DNA from: Adineta vaga
Taxonomy: Eukaryota > Animalia > Rotifera
Assembly (NCBI GenBank): GCA_021613535.1
Contig: CP075494.1
Span: 4,402,001 to 4,466,000, forward strand
Direction: 5' to 3'
Length of the DNA: 64,000 bases
Shown: positions 22,738-35,936 of the stretch, in pieces
Layout of the letters: every line of letters begins with the position of its first letter
How positions within the stretch are numbered: the first letter of the stretch is position 1
The notes under the pieces: model-generated
Seen by the model: the letters and a program-made list of their open reading frames with translations, nothing else
Told to the model about the DNA's origin: nothing
Databases searched by the model: none
Translations under genes and position numbers: made by a program

Positions 22738-23802
22738 TTAACCACTTTTTTGATCGATATTGGATAGTTTATGTCTATCCTCCAATCCTAATTTGACAGC
22801 TTCTTTTAGGCCTAAACATGTAAGAAGATAATCATCTGGATTATCCGTTGTGAACTTTGAGGCATCATATAACGGATGAAATGTGGCATCTACTTTTATT
22901 GAGCTAATGATACTATGAATGTTCGGTCCAAAATATTTTAATTTTTTGGGCATAATTTTTTTAACTATACTTCTGAATTCTTCATAATCGATTATCTTCA
23001 AATCTGGTACTAGTTTTTGTACTGCCTTATTTACATATACACGGTGTGGTATATATGGTGCAACAACTCGTCCAACCTTATCGGGATAATTGAGTGTTAA
23101 CATATAGTTTTCAATTAACATTTCAATCGGTGTAAAACCCATAATATATTCGAAAGCGTAGCCTAACGCTGTAAATACACGAACAATGCGCCATACTGCA
23201 TAACCTTGACCTAGATCGATGGCACCAATTATATAAAGAGGTTCAAAAAGTGTTCCTTTTAGACCTTCATCCATTTTAGCTTGCATATAATTATACAGCC
23301 ATCTCTTATATTGAAAATAACCATTAATCCAATAAAAATCTTCGTTACTACCAACAAGTGGATCGTTCATTAAACGTTGTCCATAACTTCCAACAGCATA
23401 CAGATGTTTAGGATACTCGGGATCCATACAATATCGTATTAACGCTTTCGTACAATTTATCCACGGTTTAAAATGTTCCATTGGATGTCCGTATGTTGTA
23501 TCACATGCTAAATGATGAACTGAAGTAACAGTTTCTTTATACTTATCAAGAGTCGGTATTATTAATTCATGATTATTGACAAGATCGACACTAGCAACTT
23601 CAACTTTTGATTTCGCTTCCGAAACATTTAGAGGAACTTCAAATGCGTCTGCTTGTGATTGAATAGCTCGCCAAAACGCATCATGATCTTTATGTCTGGT
23701 AACGCAGATTACTTGATCAATATTTTCCTGACGTAGCAAATTATAAAGCAAATGAATGCCAAGATAACCTGTAGAACCAGTTAAAACAGCTGATCGTACC
23801 AT
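22738..23802 (-). CDS. Stand-alone extended SDR, thioester-reductase (NRPS R-domain / NAD_binding_4)-like
   Basis: VLTGSTGYLGIHLL Rossmann motif, VHHLA, catalytic YxxxK (GYFQYK). Intronless ORF. Confidence 0.75.
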   Translation of the reverse strand: MVRSAVLTGSTGYLGIHLLYNLLRQENIDQVICVTRHKDHDAFWRAIQSQADAFEVPLNVSEAKSKVEVASVDLVNNHELIIPTLDKYKETVTSVHHLACDTTYGHPMEHFKPWINCTKALIRYCMDPEYPKHLYAVGSYGQRLMNDPLVGSNEDFYWINGYFQYKRWLYNYMQAKMDEGLKGTLFEPLYIIGAIDLGQGYAVWRIVRVFTALGYAFEYIMGFTPIEMLIENYMLTLNYPDKVGRVVAPYIPHRVYVNKAVQKLVPDLKIIDYEEFRSIVKKIMPKKLKYFGPNIHSIISSIKVDATFHPLYDASKFTTDNPDDYLLTCLGLKEAVKLGLEDRHKLSNIDQKSG

Positions 23803-23876
23803 CTAAAAGAATTTCTTGAATCGTGAAATTTTCTGAAATAACTTTGAGAATTTTTTTATAAGGTTAATAAATTATA

Positions 23877-24830
23877 AGAAGTGGCTACGTGCACCCAGGT
23901 GTACATAGCCACATGACTATATGCACCCAGCTACATATAATAGACTGGTCAGCATAAATCAAGCGTTATAATAAAATTAGTATACAAAAATCAACTTATT
24001 TTAAATAAGGAACAACTATTTTGCAAAAATTTCTAGTATAATCTGTCCAAAAAGTTCGTTTGTGTGAATTTTTTGTTTTATAAATAATTGGAGAACGCAA
24101 ACAACTAGAGATCTGCAGGTTTCATCAAATGAAAGAGAGAGAATTATGATATCTTTTTCTATGATATAGTGTAAGATAAAGTTCTTCTGAAATTCATCGT
24201 CGCCAAAAAACATGAAAAAAGAATGCACCTAAGAGACTTGTAATCTATGATTCAGGATATAATGCGCTTTCTCACCTTTCACCACATTTTCATTGCAGCA
24301 TTTACCTGTTACGATAAAAAATGTGAAAATGTGATGAAATATCAGTCCAAAACCCTATTATTTGTGTATCCACATACGCGATTTTGTTTGGTCAACGTTA
24401 CGTCGCAATAAAATAACCATTTGTATTGTATCCTGAATCATAGATTTCAAATCTGTCTTTCTAAATCAAAGACTATAATTGACACTTCATATCTATTACA
24501 AGTCCCTCAGGTACATTCTTTTTTCATGTTTTTTGGCGACGATGAATTTCAGAAGAACTTTATCTTACACTATATCATAGAAAAAGATATCATAATTCTC
24601 TCTCTTTCATTTGATGAAACCTGCAGATCTCTAGTTGTTTGCGTTCTCCAATTATTTATAAAACAAAAAATTCACACAAACGAACTTTTTGGACAGATTA
24701 TACTAGAAATTTTTGCAAAATAGTTGTTCCTTATTTAAAATAAGTTGATTTTTGTATACTAATTTTATTATAATGCTTGATTTATGCTGACCAGTCTATT
24801 ATATGTAGCTGGGTGCATATAGCCATTTCC
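23877..24830. mobile_element. Non-autonomous Mutator-like foldback element, 954 bp
   Basis: ~330-350 bp near-perfect inverted arms (~23913-24264 and ~24427-24830). 9-bp TSD TAAATTATA at 23868-23876 and 24831-24839. The identical ORFs 24016..24228(-) and 24421..24723(+) are a by-product. Confidence 0.9.
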
Positions 24831-25715
24831 TAAATTATAAATATTTTGTGTTGTAAGCAATCATTTTAAGATTCATATTTTAAATCTAATTGATGGAGGA
24901 AGATAAACTATATTAAGTGAAAAACTATTTTTTTTGTCTATAATTCTGAACTATACTCATTCGTACGATATCCTCGAATAACAAAATTCGTAACAATCAA
25001 TCAAAGTACATTCGACTTCATTTAATTGCAAAAATTCTTGAAATGAAATCTAAAACGTCTTCAATGGGACACTCATTGACATAACGGCATAGATTTGAAT
25101 TTTCGTTAAGATATATTTTTGTTCAAATCTTTTATTAAAAGTCTATTTGGGAGAAAAATACATTTCGAAAGACTCTTGTCTCAAATAATATCATTTCAAT
25201 TATAAAATAGCGGCGTTATTTTATCAAAGTACATAGTCTAGGTTACTGTGACCAAGAACATTTTCTGTAGAGAAAATTAGACGAAAACGACGTCATTCCT
25301 ACGATGAAATATCGGGATTTTCTTTTTCAAAAGTTACTCGTCTATACTACAACTCACTATTATTACTGTCTAATATTTATTCTAGATATAATTAAATTCG
25401 ATCAAACGTTTTTTATCATCTTATTTTCATCGAGTGCTGAAATGTATTTGGTTGGGGAAGGTTAATTCAATTCAAAACTAGCAAAGATTTATCGCTTTTA
25501 TTTTTTATTTAATATTTTCTAGTTTTGTATTGGATGTGTTCTTTATGGATGTGTTATTGTGTGTGGTTTGTTTTAATTGTCAGATGTGAATATATTTGTA
25601 TGAGTTTTTGAAATAATGATTATTTTTCTGTAAAGTTTAATTTTACATGATGAAAATAAAATGATATCGCACTGAATACAAAATCTTACAGTCAAAATAT
25701 TAATTATCGCTAGCT

Positions 25716-25875
25716 AAGATCTTGAAAAGGTATACGTAAGATAATGAAAGATCCTACATAAGATCTTATGTACAAGATAATTGAAATATCTGTACCTAAA
25801 TTTTCAAGATCTGTTCACTTATCTGTACCCAAGATCTTGGTCAAGATCTTGCTTACAAGATGTTCGACTATAGGG
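25716..25875. repeat. Cluster of AAGATCTT-type palindromic motifs ending in GGG; probable DNA-transposon end remnant
   Basis: Several copies of (C)AAGATCT(TG) within 160 bp, ending ...CGACTATAGGG. No matching other end found. Confidence 0.4.
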
Positions 25876-28024
25876 ATATCACCAAACTTACAGATAAATA
25901 TCGATTTTATTAAAACAAGAATTTTTCTTTCGAACATCTATCATAAAGCAATTCTTTTTATCTCTGAACTATTTGGTTGAAGAAACATGAAATTGATATC
26001 ATAGTAAACAAAGGAGAGAATTACTTACACAGTGATAAACACAAGAGGTGATTAGATTCGTAAAATAAAGATTAATGAAACTACCTCAGATTCAAGAACA
26101 TAAGATTAACGTAAATAAGGTGAGAACGATATGCATTTTTTTCATTTTTTTCTCAATAGTGACTATCGGTGCATGAAGCAAGTATACATACATCGTATGA
26201 AATGAGTAAAAAGTGCACATGGATATTAACTGAATATACATTCACCAATAGACATGAGTGATGAAGGTTTTTGATGTTGTTTGTTATTAATCCAATAATT
26301 AAAATGTATGAAGGGTATATCATGACCGAACTAAAATATTTGGGTGAAAAATAAAAGAACAAAAATTAATAAAATTGTTCGTGAATGTCTAATATTGATA
26401 AATAAATAGATGTTCTTTCGTTAAATATTTTCTGAATTGTGAGTGGGTAGATCCTCCGTTTCTCACCATTGAAGTTAATAAGGATTAGATGAATGACCGT
26501 TCGTTAATCGATATAATAAAGTATCTAGACTAAATTCAAGTAATATGAGAAAAATGAGTATCTGTATTCATTTCTAGGAAGCGTAGTAGATCACTAAACA
26601 TCTTGAAATTAGTGAAAAATGTATATTATCATCAACTTGGAAGTGTAAGGCGGAAGACCGCTGATATTAATCCGCATATTTATATGAAGAGTATCAATAT
26701 CAAAAGATACATAGAAGAATTGAGTACAAGAGAATATATAATGATCAGTTCAAGTTTTAAGATTCATAGATTCAACAAAAAGGATGTGTCTCTTATGAGC
26801 ATATAGTTTATATAGGATACTAGAATTCAAATTGTATTTGTATTAATACATCTCTATAAAGTATTGGAAGATATGGATGGTTGTACTATGAAGATGATCT
26901 TAAGTCTTGATTTTGGATTCTCACTGCTATGGAATCATACGTCTTGTGAATGAAATATTAGTTACTAATAATAAGTCTTTGAACGAAGAATATGGTTTAA
27001 TTGTAACTATAGCGAACGTAGTTAATGATGAACTTAAATGTATCTTTTTGACATCTACTTTATTAATTTATTTCGACTTTTTGAAGTGCACATCATTTCG
27101 GATTTTAACTCCAGGTTTTCACATTTTTTTTATACCAACAGTAGCATATAAGATGGTATACAACTCATAATGACATACAAGATATGATATACATTCAATA
27201 TTCGCCATATATGACTATTAATTTTCAACATGATCAATCTGTTGCATTTCCAATATTGATAAATTACTTTTAACTGAAGTTTTCCATTGAAAAAAAGCTT
27301 TGAATTGAAAAACATATGAATATAACATGAAAAAGCTTTTCAGTGCAATCGCTCTAAGTCTAAAATGAGAAAATTACATAGATTTCTTGTGAACTTATAT
27401 TCACTCATTATTTTTTCCCCAAAAAATATCTAGTTTAACATATATAAAGACATGGTGCAACTTTAATACCAAACATTCTATATACATTCGATAGTCCTTT
27501 ACTTTATCTGAACCAATATAAATAACCCTGACTGGTCTATCTCATATGGCAGAGAGAAAAAGCTCGCACTGCATAACAGAACGACACAATATAACATATG
27601 TAATGCAGTTTTGTAGAGTGAAACTTTCTCTACAAGTTGAGATATAACTTTAATTTCTTTTATTGAAATAAGGTAAAAAAAACATTTTTAAATTTGAATT
27701 TATTCTTTTTCTAGTGAAAAAAAAACAGGTAAGAATGTTAAGAGTATATTCATGTATGATTCGTTAGTGAATTGTTTCTTAATACATAGACGGAAACAAG
27801 CGCGGATTATCTTATGTTTTTATAATATAAATAATTTTTTTCCATGATCAAGCCGATAATGAGCACATGTTTCGTTTGGGTTTTGTCTTTTTTTTCTTTT
27901 CTCCTACATTACCTTTAAAACACAGTGAGAAAATGTGTGATCAGTCAACCATTTATCATTGAATAGATCAATATTGATAGACAACATACATAGAAATATT
28001 TGATATTATTCATATTTATATGAA

Positions 28025-31000
28025 ATGAATGATAAAGAACCATTACTGACGACAACTTCTGACCGATTTTATAATAATGATATTGATGAAGATAATAAAA
28101 ACAAACAACGACTTTTAACTAACAGGTATGATGAAATCAATAATGGTTGTGATAGTTTTTTTTCTCGTAAAACGCGAACAAAAATAAATAGAACGTTTTA
28201 ATTTTCGGCCTTCTAGTGGAAAGAAAAAAAGGACGCCTTTTTTCAACGTTAGAATTGCGAATTATAGCTTTGATTGATCCAGGATAGTTCTATATTCGTT
28301 CCGATTTTACGAACTATGATCTATCTCAAAACTTACTTGTTTCATATGAATTGTATAATCTTTTCAATCTATATTCCATCGATTTTTTTCTCCATAGATT
28401 AATATCAAGAAAATAATATATTTTCTATTGATTATATAGTTTTTCTGATTGGCGTCAATGGTTTGATAGAAGAGCAGGTAACAAACAAGATGGAAATATT
28501 GATAATAATACAAATTTTAAAGACAAAATGGATATGGTCAGTGTTATCGATCTAGTAAGTCTATTTTCTCATAGATATAATACATTGGTTAAAATATTAA
28601 ATTTGATTTTAGTTTCGTTTTGCTGATCGCATTGACTTTATATTGATGTCTATTGGTATATTTTTTCTATTATTGATGGCTGCTGGTCTAACAATAACTC
28701 AAGTTACTTTTGGTCAGTTGATAGGATTATTTGCTGAAGTTACATTTGCTAAAAAATGTCATCATCAACAACAAAATTTGATTATTTCTAATTTAAGTAA
28801 CTATGTATGTCCACCTGGGATAAATATCAATTCAGAAAACTATATGAAACTATACACGTAAGTTCTAAGATTAGAAGATATTTGTATGAAGATTTTTTTA
28901 TTTTAGATTTTGTCATTATAACAATGTTACTGTGACATCGCCATCAAATTTATTCTTATCTTCATTTCGAGGAAAAGTAATGGGTCCAATTTATCGACTA
29001 ATAAGTATGTCGAATAATAGAATTCATATCCATATATAAAATCATGTATTCTTTCTTATTACGTGTCATTCAAGTTGTTGGTATTGTTGAATTCGTCTGT
29101 GTTATAATTTTGTTTATTTGTTGGTCAATTTCACTAAAAAGACAGACATATCGTATGAGTACTCGTCTTTTTCAATCACTTCTTCAACGGGTATGTTTGA
29201 TATATTTTTATACTTATATAAAACATTCGACATTCTCATCTTGAGATTGAGAATATCAGTAGAGATCGTTATTGCTCACTCATATCTTCAAATTAGTTAA
29301 CAAAAACTGTGAAAATATCGAAAATAAAGATAATTCCATATGATGTTTTAATTGCTTTGGTTATATATTTTTAGAATATTTCATATTTGGATAGAGTTTC
29401 ACTTGGTCATATTAATTCGAAATTGTTTGAGTGAGTCATTTCAATATTTTTTTGTATAAATAATTTGACATTAATCGATTATTTCTATAGTAATATACGA
29501 AAGATTGATAGCGGTGTTGGCTATGAATTTTTATTAGTAACTGGAGTAATATTTTGTATTATCCTAGACATAGTGGCATCATTTATTATTAATTGGAAAT
29601 TAACATTAGTACTCGTGTGTATTTTACCTTTAATTATAATTACATCAATAGTATTTTCAAAAGTATGAACAGTTAATTATTGTAACGAAATGAATTTATC
29701 GGAATCTTTAATAGATCATTGCTAATGAAGAATTGAATGTATTGAATTCATATTCCAAAGCTGGACAAATTGCTGAAGAAGTATTTAGTTCACTTCGAAC
29801 AGTTCTTTCACTCAATGGTTCGAAATTTGAACAAAATCGGTAAAACAAAAACAAAAACGTTTTTTTAAATACTTTCTTACTAAATCTATTGATTTATTTA
29901 GATACGAAAATGAATTATATTCCACTACTCAAAGTAGTATTCGACAAGGTGCTGTATTTGGTTTATTTGCTGGTTGGTTATCGTTTAGTACATATCTAAT
30001 TTATTCAATTGGTTTCAGCTTTGGATCTGTTTTCATGTTTTATTATCATAGAGAAGAAATAGATTTAATTGAAATTACTATTGTAAGTATTCTTTCGAAC
30101 AATACATACATATAGATTTCACATCTTGTAAATCAATCCATATATGTAATAACTATCATGTTCATTGGAATTTATTCGATATTATTCAATTTCAGCTATG
30201 TTAAAAACAAAAATAATTTTAAAGATTTTTGACATAAGAAATAATAACAATTACTAATTCATCTTCAGGAAAAAAAATGATGTAACCATGAGATGCATGA
30301 TTATTATTGTCGTTGTGTAGGTTGTCAGTGTGTTTGCACAATCCATGAATCTTTTCAGTTTAATTGGACCTTTTCTTCAAACAGTTGCGGAAGCTCGAGG
30401 TGCAGCAGTACAAATATATGAACTTATTGATGCGGTATATTATACTATATTTATTTATTGTATTGACCATCTTAAATCTGATCTGATTTCATGATTTAGG
30501 AAAATGATGCAAGTATAAATGAAATAGAAATATGGAACGAAACTAGATCCAGTAAAAAACTTATTAATACCAATCTCGATATTACATTTGATAATGTTAA
30601 TTTTACTTATTCATCGCGAAAAGATATGTCTGTTTTGAAGAATCTTAGTTTTATTGCTCGTGCTGGTAAAACGACTGCTATTGTAGGTCCAAGTGGTTGT
30701 GGTAAGTCAGTTTTATCTTTAAGTATCAATTAGTCTTGTAATCGATGAAATAAGATTTTATTTATAACATGAAATCATTTCTTTATAGGTAAAAGTACAT
30801 GTTTATCACTTCTTCTACGTTATTATGAACCATCATCAGGACATATTTTGATTAATGGTCAGTCAATTAAAGAATACAATCTTAAACAACTTCGACAAAC
30901 AATTGGAGTTGTTAATCAAGAACCTGTATGTTATTACTTTTACGCTAAATTCTCTTTTTTTCTTATTCATTACTTATAGATGCTTTTTGCCACGAGTATT

Positions 31001-34000
31001 GCTGAAAACATTCGTTTTGGTAAAGAAAATGCGACAATGGCAGAAATTGAAGAAGCAGCGCGTCAAGCAAATGCACATACTTTCATCATGCAACTACCTA
31101 ATGTTTGTTAATAGGATTTCAATGTATCTATTCATATACACGATTATATTTATTGTTTAGAAATATGAAACACTTGTAGGTGAACGTGGTGTACAATTAA
31201 GTGGTGGTGAAAAGCAACGTATTGCTTTAGCTCGTGCTTTGGTCAAACAATCGACCATACTTTTATTAGATGAAGCAACTAGTGCACTTGACAATGTCAA
31301 TGAAAAAATTGTACAAGAAGCACTTGATAGAGCTTATCAAGGTATTTATATACGAAAGCAGAGTTGCGTACTTAAATAGTTTTACACTTTCACGTACAAT
31401 AGACGAGAAATATCGACTTGTTTAAATATTTTATTACATATTTAGGTCGTACAACTATAGTTATTGCTCATCGTTTAAGTACAATTCAAAATGCTGATCA
31501 TATCTATGTATTAGATAATGGTAGTGTTATCGAAGAAGGTACACATGAAATATTAATGGCAAAAGAAGGAAGTAAATATCAAGAAATGATTAAAAATCAA
31601 CAAGTAGAAAAATTCAATGATGACGAAGATGATTTATATACAAAAGTAAAAGTAGATGAAGATGCCGATCACAAATCGGTACGTTAGAATTGGATTAATA
31701 TCCATTTTTATTTTCTTTCTACATCTTTGTACTTGTACAGTTGAAAGGTCTCGTCTACCAAGTTATAAACAAGCTATTGATACAGACACAGTAAAAAAAA
31801 CATATATGATTTGATATATAGAAATTCAATTAACAATTTTTTCTTTCTCTTTAAGGAAGATTCAAGTTTAACAGATGAACAATTTATCTTTATAAGACTT
31901 TTATCAATGAATCGTCCAGAATGGTTTTATCTTGTGATTGGTTCATTAGCAAGTATACTCAATGGAATAGGTGTATTATTCTTTGCATTTCTCGTCGCAC
32001 GCACAATCTATGTAACTTCGAAACAATAATTTTGAACTATTTTTTTTATCTTTATCGATCTGTTTTCTAGCAATTTACCATCTGTGAGTATTTCGAACGA
32101 CGTCACAGAGTATTGACTTCTAGTTTACTGCTTGCATCAATGGGTCTTTTAATTTGGATAATTCGTTTTCTTCAAGTAAAAACATTAATTGAAATCTTAT
32201 TCAAGATTTTCTCTGTGTATTCTTATCTAGTACATGGCTTTTGCTATATCAGGATCAAAATTGACGCGGCGTGTCCGTTCGACAGCATTTCAATGTTTTC
32301 TACGACAAGAAGTTGCTTATTTTGATCGTCCGGAAAATAGTACTGGTGCTATATGTGGTCGTCTTTTTGCAGATGCATCAGCAGTACAACAGATGAGCGG
32401 CACAAGATTAGGACTTATCTTTGAAACTGTGGCAATGATCTTTTTTGGTCTTTTATCTGGTATATTGTTGAGTTGGCAATTAACAATGATTGCCTTGTCT
32501 CCTTTACTTCTTCTCATTCCTGCTATGTATGCAAGTGTTCGCGTAGAAATGTGGTTGAATGGGTTATGTGATCTCATTCATGGACAAGCAAACATGGTAA
32601 GATCAAATAATTATTTGTTTGATATATTGGATATTTTATGATTATTCTTCTGTCATTATCTGAATAGATTGCAGTAGAAGCTATTCACAATATGCGTACA
32701 GTTAAACATTTGTCTGCTGAGAAGATAATTTTGAATAAATATTCTAAACTTATGTATCAAATAGTCATGTTAGTCTATATATATATCATATGAAATGAAA
32801 TATGTATGACAATTTTCAATTTAATTTTATTCTTTTATAGACTATACCGAAAATATTCGATATTATTTACAATGTCATATGGCTTTCTTTGGATAATAGA
32901 TTCATTCACAACGGCATTTCTATATTGGTATGCTCTTATTCTTTTCGAACGCAATCAATTCTCATTCGATGATATTATCGTGTAAACAAGACATCTATTA
33001 GATCGCTAAAGACAATCTATTATTATATATTTCTTTTTTTTAGAATTATTGCATTTGTTATTTTTGTTATGCAAGCAGTACGAAGTGTAGAAGCTATGTA
33101 AGAAAAATTATCAATATTTAATTAAGATTTCAATTAAAAATATAATCATACAGGTCTAAGCAAATCGGTACATCTTTATCGCAATTACAACTCTTTTTCA
33201 TCTATTTGATCGAATACCAACTATCGATAATACATCAACCGAAGGAGTTAAGTTGGTAAGACAACAAATAAATTCGTCACACATATAATATATATATGTA
33301 TAGGTTAACTTTCGTGGAGAAATAGAATTTAATCAAGTTAAATTTTCTTATCCAACTCGTCCAACAATTACTGTTCTTAATAAATTTCAATTAAAGATTA
33401 ATCCAGGTAAATAAAATATGATTCTAATTTAGTTTATTTTTTTTTCCTATTTATTTATTTAGGTCAACGTGTGGCAATTGTTGGTAAGCTTAAACTAATT
33501 GTTTTCTTTTTTATTATAAATGTAATATATGTGGAAAAAACAACAGGTGCTTCTGGTTCTGGAAAATCTACTCTTATACATTTATTAGAACGACTTTATG
33601 ATGTTAAATCTGGGCAATTGGTTAGTATTTGTCTAATAAATAATATTCTTTAAAAGATTCTTTCTGTTATTAAAAATCAGACTATGTTGTTTTTATTTTC
33701 GAAAATTAAATTTAAAATATACTATCTTAGTTGTTTCAATTATTTGATGGTGATTGTATTGAGAAAGAATCAAAGTACTTGAAGTTAAGTAAAATTATAT
33801 AAAATCTATTAACGAAATTTAGCTCATCGATGGTGTTGATATTCGACAACTGAATATTCAATGGATTCGTTCTCAATTGGGTCTTGTTGGTCAAGAACCA
33901 ATCTTATTCAATCTAACAATTGCGGAAAATATCGCTTATGGATTAGAAAATGTTCCAGAAGAAGACATTATTAATGCGGCAATAAACGCTAATATTCATG

Positions 34001-34491
34001 ATTTTATTCAACAATTACCTCAAGTTAGTACAGACAAACGATTTTTATGACTTATGATATATAATTCGATTGTATTTTAGCGTTACGAAACAAAAGTAGG
34101 ATCGAAAGGTAGTTTTTTATCGGGTGGTGAAAAACAACGAATTGCTATTGCACGAATACTTCTTCGAAAACCAAAAATATTGTTACTAGATGAAGCTACA
34201 AGTGCTTTAGATTCATACAATGAACAAGTAGGTTTAGTGTTTTATATTATATAAGGAAATTATTCGTTCAAACTATTTATCTTATAGATAGTACAGCAAA
34301 CACTTGAACAAGCTCAAAAAGAGGATCCTAATCGAACATCATTGATTATTGCTCATCGTCTTTCAACTATTCGTTCATGTGATTTAATTTTTGTTGTAGA
34401 CAAAGGATATATAATTGAGAGTGGTACTGACGCAGAATTAATACAGCAACATGGAGCTTATTATACGATGCTTACTAGAAATAATGCCTAA
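28025..34491 (+). CDS. ABCB1: Full-length ABCB (P-glycoprotein/MDR-like) transporter, many exons; apparent 1-nt frameshift near 33180
   Basis: Two TMD-NBD halves. Walker A GPSGCGKS and [52 protein letters not shown]. Symbol indicates family only. Confidence 0.9.
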
Positions 34492-34587
34492 TGTTGAATA
34501 TTAAATTTTATTGAACATAGCAACCATCGGTTTTTAATGCTATTTTATTAAATAAAATTTCGTTTCTATTGTGCTCTCATTATATTT

Positions 34588-34617
34588 TCTTGAGGGTGTG
34601 AGTGTGTGTGTGTGTGT
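34588..34617. repeat. Telomeric-hexamer palindrome half copy 4, running into (TG)n
   Basis: TCTTGAGGGTGTGAGTGTGTGTGTGTGTGT between the convergent ABCB and AKR stops. Confidence 0.55.
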
Positions 34618-34655
34618 CAATAGAAGACAATTAAAATTATTATAGTTATTTGTTC

Positions 34656-35936
34656 TTAACTCGAACCGATACTTTTCGCTGGCTCCACCCAATCGTAGTT
34701 ACCAGCGGCTTGCAGAAGCCAATTCTGAGATGGATCTTGTCCAATAAAATCTTGAGGAAAACCAACTTTGAAGTCATATGCTTTATTGATTTCTTCAATT
34801 TCATCTTTACTTAATTGTACCTTCAATGCTTCAATGTTATCGTGTAGATGTTCGACTTTTCGAATACCAACAATAGGAAAGACATAGGGTTGTTTTGACA
34901 TGACGTAAGCGAGAGCAATTTGAGAAAGAGAGACATTTTTACTCTTGCCAATTTTGCTTAATACAGCAGTCACAGCTTGATCTTCTTGAGATGGACCTAA
35001 AAATATTTCATAGATATGATTTTTACTTAAAAATCTATGAAAAGATGCATTTCCTAAACTATTTACTATAGTCCTACCTGAAAGTGGTCCAACAGTTCCT
35101 CTTCCTTTATCACCACTCTTCTCCATTGCTTCAATTTGTTCTTTTGTTTTGAATTTACCTCCACCTAATGCTCCCCAAGGTGCGAAAGCCATTCCTTCAT
35201 CTCGTATCATTGGAAAAATCTCTCTTTCTATATCACGTTTAGCGGCATTGTATAAACCTTGATAGACGGAAAACTGACGAAATCCATGATCTCTGGCATA
35301 TTGATTTGCTTTGGCAACAACCCATGCCGGTGTGTCACTGGCACCTAAATATAACACTTTGCCTGCTTTCACCAAATGATCGAGCGACTGCATTAATTCA
35401 GGAATTGAACAAGTATAATCCCACCTAACATTTAAAAACAAAAATTGGGAAAAGTTGATTTTGTTTTAATCTTTGAGAAATAAAGAAAATTATTACCAAT
35501 GTACATAGAGTAAATCGATATAATCAGTTTGAAGTTTCTTTAGAGAAGCAGCAACACTTTCATGTAAACACTTGGTTGAATTACCAGCAAAATTCACATG
35601 AATTGGCTCCTTTTTCCAATCGGATCGATATCCAGTAGTAAATTTGGTGGCAATAACCATTTGACTACGATTCTGTCGTTTAGTCATCCATTCTCCTATT
35701 ATTATTTCACTTTGTTCGTCTTGATAATTACTAGAAGTATCAATGAAATTTCCACCGGCATCATAAAATGCATCGAGGATCTTGAACGAGTTTTCTCTTG
35801 TTTGTGTGCCTATAAATTCCCAAGCATCTCCGAGTGACATTGCTCCAAGACATAATGGCGATACACGAACAGCTGCTGTTGGTGCCAAAACACGATATCG
35901 TGCTAGAGCAGTAATTGGTGCTGGTGCTGGTTGCAT
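34656..35936 (-). CDS. Aldo-keto reductase, fungal aryl-alcohol dehydrogenase / norsolorinic acid reductase-like; introns 35425-35496 and 34997-35077
   Basis: VRVSPLCLGAM, GGNFIDTSSNY, VIATKF, LQTDYIDLLYVHWWDY, GKVLYLGASDTPAW. Splicing restores HW|WDY. Confidence 0.9.

Noticed and set aside
24016-24723. Two ORFs encoding the same peptide on opposite strands
   Set aside because: By-product of the transposon's inverted arms; no protein features.
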